NCBI GenBank assembly: GCA_043803405.1
Contig: JAZDKB010000016.1
Location: forward strand, 32,001 to 96,000
Source of the DNA: Spirochaetota bacterium
GTDB taxonomy: Bacteria > Spirochaetota > UBA4802 > JAFGDQ01
Length of the DNA stretch: 64,000 bases
Direction of reading: 5' to 3'
The notes below the pieces were generated by a model. The model saw only the letters and a program-made list of their open reading frames with translations, made no database searches and was not told the DNA's origin. Positions 61,856 to 64,000 of the stretch are shown here, piece by piece. The position numbers and the translations under genes were made by a program. How positions within the stretch are numbered: position 1 is the first letter of the stretch; the number at the start of each line of letters is the position of its first letter.

Positions 61856-62926
61856 ATGAGCAAGGAAATAAAAGTGCTGATTGTCGATGATTCTGCGATC
61901 GTAAGGCAGACAATCAGCTCCATATTATCGAAAGAAAAAGACATAAAAGTAATCGGAACCGCGCAGGATCCGATTTTCGCTCTCGAAAAAATGAAAAACG
62001 AAATGCCGGATGTAATCATACTGGATATTGAAATGCCAAGGATGGACGGGCTAACATTTCTTTATAAAATAATGACGCAGCAGCCCATCCCGGTTATTAT
62101 CTGTTCAACACTGACACAGGAAGGCTCCGATTCGGCTTTAAAGGCAATAAGCTACGGCGCGGTAGATATAATAACAAAACCTAAAATAGGAACAAAACAA
62201 TTCCTTGAGGAATCGGGCATTCTGCTTGTCGACTCCGTAAGGGCAGCCTCTATTGCACGATTAAAAACAATCCCTAAAATCGGAATGCTTCATGATGTTT
62301 CCATGGTTGCAAACGCGGATGCAGTAATTAAAAATAAAAAAAAGATACTTACCGAAACAACTGATAAGGTAATTGTAGTCGGAGCATCCACAGGAGGCAC
62401 CGAGGCTTTGAAGGATTTTTTGTGCGCATTGCCGGTTGATGTCCCGGGCATTGTTGTTGTGCAGCACATGCCGGAAAACTTTACACGCGCGTTTGCAAAC
62501 CGGCTGGACTCCATGTGCCAGATACACGTTAAAGAAGCAAAAAACGGAGACAGTGTCCTTCGCGGACAGGCGCTCATTGCTCCCGGGAACCTGCATACAT
62601 TGCTAAAAAGAAGCGGAGCCATATATTCGGTAGAAGTCAAGGACGGGCCTCTTGTTTCAAGGCACAGGCCGTCTGTAAATGTGCTTTTTCAGTCTACTGC
62701 GTACAATGCTGGCAAGAATGCTGTAGGAGTGATTATGACCGGTATGGGAAACGACGGAGCTACAGGCATGAAGGAAATGAAGGATGCCGGCGCGTACAAC
62801 CTTGCACAGGATGAGGAAAGCTGCGTTGTATTCGGCATGCCCAAGGAAGCAATCAAGGCCGGCGCTGTAGATAAGGTTGTCCCACTCACCCGTTTAAGTT
62901 TCGAAGCATATCAGGCAGCGAAGTAA
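61856..62926 (+). CDS. cheB: Protein-glutamate methylesterase CheB (cluster 2)
   Basis: REC domain plus [28 protein letters not shown]. Confidence 0.96.
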   Translation: MSKEIKVLIVDDSAIVRQTISSILSKEKDIKVIGTAQDPIFALEKMKNEMPDVIILDIEMPRMDGLTFLYKIMTQQPIPVIICSTLTQEGSDSALKAISYGAVDIITKPKIGTKQFLEESGILLVDSVRAASIARLKTIPKIGMLHDVSMVANADAVIKNKKKILTETTDKVIVVGASTGGTEALKDFLCALPVDVPGIVVVQHMPENFTRAFANRLDSMCQIHVKEAKNGDSVLRGQALIAPGNLHTLLKRSGAIYSVEVKDGPLVSRHRPSVNVLFQSTAYNAGKNAVGVIMTGMGNDGATGMKEMKDAGAYNLAQDEESCVVFGMPKEAIKAGAVDKVVPLTRLSFEAYQAAK

Positions 62927-63128
62927 ATGCTTTCGGGAGCTTTTCCGCATGCGGTTTTATCTCAGTATAATCATCATTATTTTCCCCGATGCTACTAAAT
63001 TCATGTTGCAGTATTTTATCTGTTTGTTTTCTATGAACACAAACTAGTACACTGTCATATCCGATTTTTAGGGTTGATAGCTGCCAGGAATTGAAATACA
63101 TTACACAAGTAATTTTATGGAGCCATGC

Positions 63129-64000
63129 ATGAGCATCTGCCCGGAAATTAGCGACAAATTAATGTCGCCCGACCAGGCTGTAAAAAAATTCATTAAGGAC
63201 AGGACGCAGCTTGCCATAGGCGGCTTTACTGTTTCGCGGAATCCCATGGCAATTGTGTACGAAATCATTCGCCAAAGGATTAAAGATATTCATCTTGTTT
63301 GCCACTCGAACGGACAGGCACTGGATATGCTGATCGGCGCGGGATGCGTTAAAAGGCTGGAAATAGCCTATGGCGGCAACGGCAGGTTCGCCCCGACCTG
63401 CATAAGGTTCAAAAAAGCCGTACAGGAAGGGAAACTCGAATTTGAGGATTATTCCAATTACCAGATGAGCCTGCGTTTTTTGGCAGGGTCTCTCGGCATC
63501 CCCTTTATCCCGACAAAATCCGGGCTTGGCTCGGATATATTCAATCTCGAAGGCTTCGCAAAAGAAACCAGAAAAGAACAAAAAGTCGCCAGCAAAAAGT
63601 TCTCGATGCTGCAGAATCCTTTTAATGATGAGGATGATAAAGTAATACTGCTTCCAGCACTCACCCCGGATGTTGCGCTACTTCATGCTCAGTATGTCGG
63701 TGAAGACGGCACTGTGCGCATCAAAGGGCTGACATTTGCAGATCTGGAGCAGGCAAAATCTGCGGACACGGTAATTGTAAGCTGCGAAGAAATCGTCCCC
63801 AGGTCTTTCATCAGACAGGACCCGGATCAAAACTCGCTGCCGTCCTTTCTGATCGATGCCATCATAAAGGTCCCGTACGGCGCCCACCCTACTGCATGTT
63901 ATTCGTTTTACGACTATGATCCTAAACATCTTAATCTTTATAAAAAAATGGCAGATGATGATGTTCTCTTTAAGCAATATCTTGAAGAATGGGTATACGG
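63129..64000 (+). CDS. Family I CoA-transferase subunit A (glutaconate CoA-transferase GctA-like); partial, not in the ORF track
   Basis: Manual translation MSICPEISDKLMSPDQAVKKFIKD...IGGFTVSRNPMA...EDYSNYQMSLRFLAGSLGIPFIP...PDVALLHAQ...PYGAHPTAC; ggag SD; open to the window edge. Confidence 0.88.
   Translation, partial: MSICPEISDKLMSPDQAVKKFIKDRTQLAIGGFTVSRNPMAIVYEIIRQRIKDIHLVCHSNGQALDMLIGAGCVKRLEIAYGGNGRFAPTCIRFKKAVQEGKLEFEDYSNYQMSLRFLAGSLGIPFIPTKSGLGSDIFNLEGFAKETRKEQKVASKKFSMLQNPFNDEDDKVILLPALTPDVALLHAQYVGEDGTVRIKGLTFADLEQAKSADTVIVSCEEIVPRSFIRQDPDQNSLPSFLIDAIIKVPYGAHPTACYSFYDYDPKHLNLYKKMADDDVLFKQYLEEWVY

Noticed and set aside
63159..63977. Minus-strand ORFs at the right edge
   Set aside because: Antisense to the CoA-transferase ORF that starts at 63129
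1..64000. CRISPR arrays, tRNA/rRNA genes, prophage, integrase/transposase, defence systems
   Set aside because: No spaced direct-repeat array, cloverleaf or matching protein motifs seen by eye

Overview
AT-rich, gene-dense bacterial chromosome segment. The gene content (LptD, FecR/LipL45-like lipoprotein, double-cNMP Crp, TPR-NHL-vWA protein, cheW-cheA-cheB-cheY-scpA-scpB-cmk-rpsA order) points by inference to a free-living, LPS-bearing spirochaete; this was not checked against a database. I found no rRNA, tRNA, CRISPR array, prophage or intact transposase. The window holds housekeeping genes (clpS-clpA, aconitase, uvrA, aroB, rnc, acpP, rpmF, rpsA, cmk, scpAB), two chemotaxis clusters and several accessory signalling or envelope modules. 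Most notable: (1) an ECF sigma/zinc anti-sigma locus in which the same GGAACT-N16-GTCTAA promoter precedes both the sigma gene and a secreted vWA + VIT-vWA gene pair, with a terminator between them; (2) a soluble, sensor-less chemoreceptor-like protein made of two tandem signalling domains; (3) an orphan ParA overlapping the end of clpA; (4) a CheA-CheC fusion; (5) several apparent pseudo-enzymes (CE7 esterase, ABC ATPase, His-less kinase); (6) an acidic Zn-ribbon gene coupled to uvrA; (7) MITE/REP-like relics and three genes missing from the ORF track. All functional calls rest on motif recognition only.
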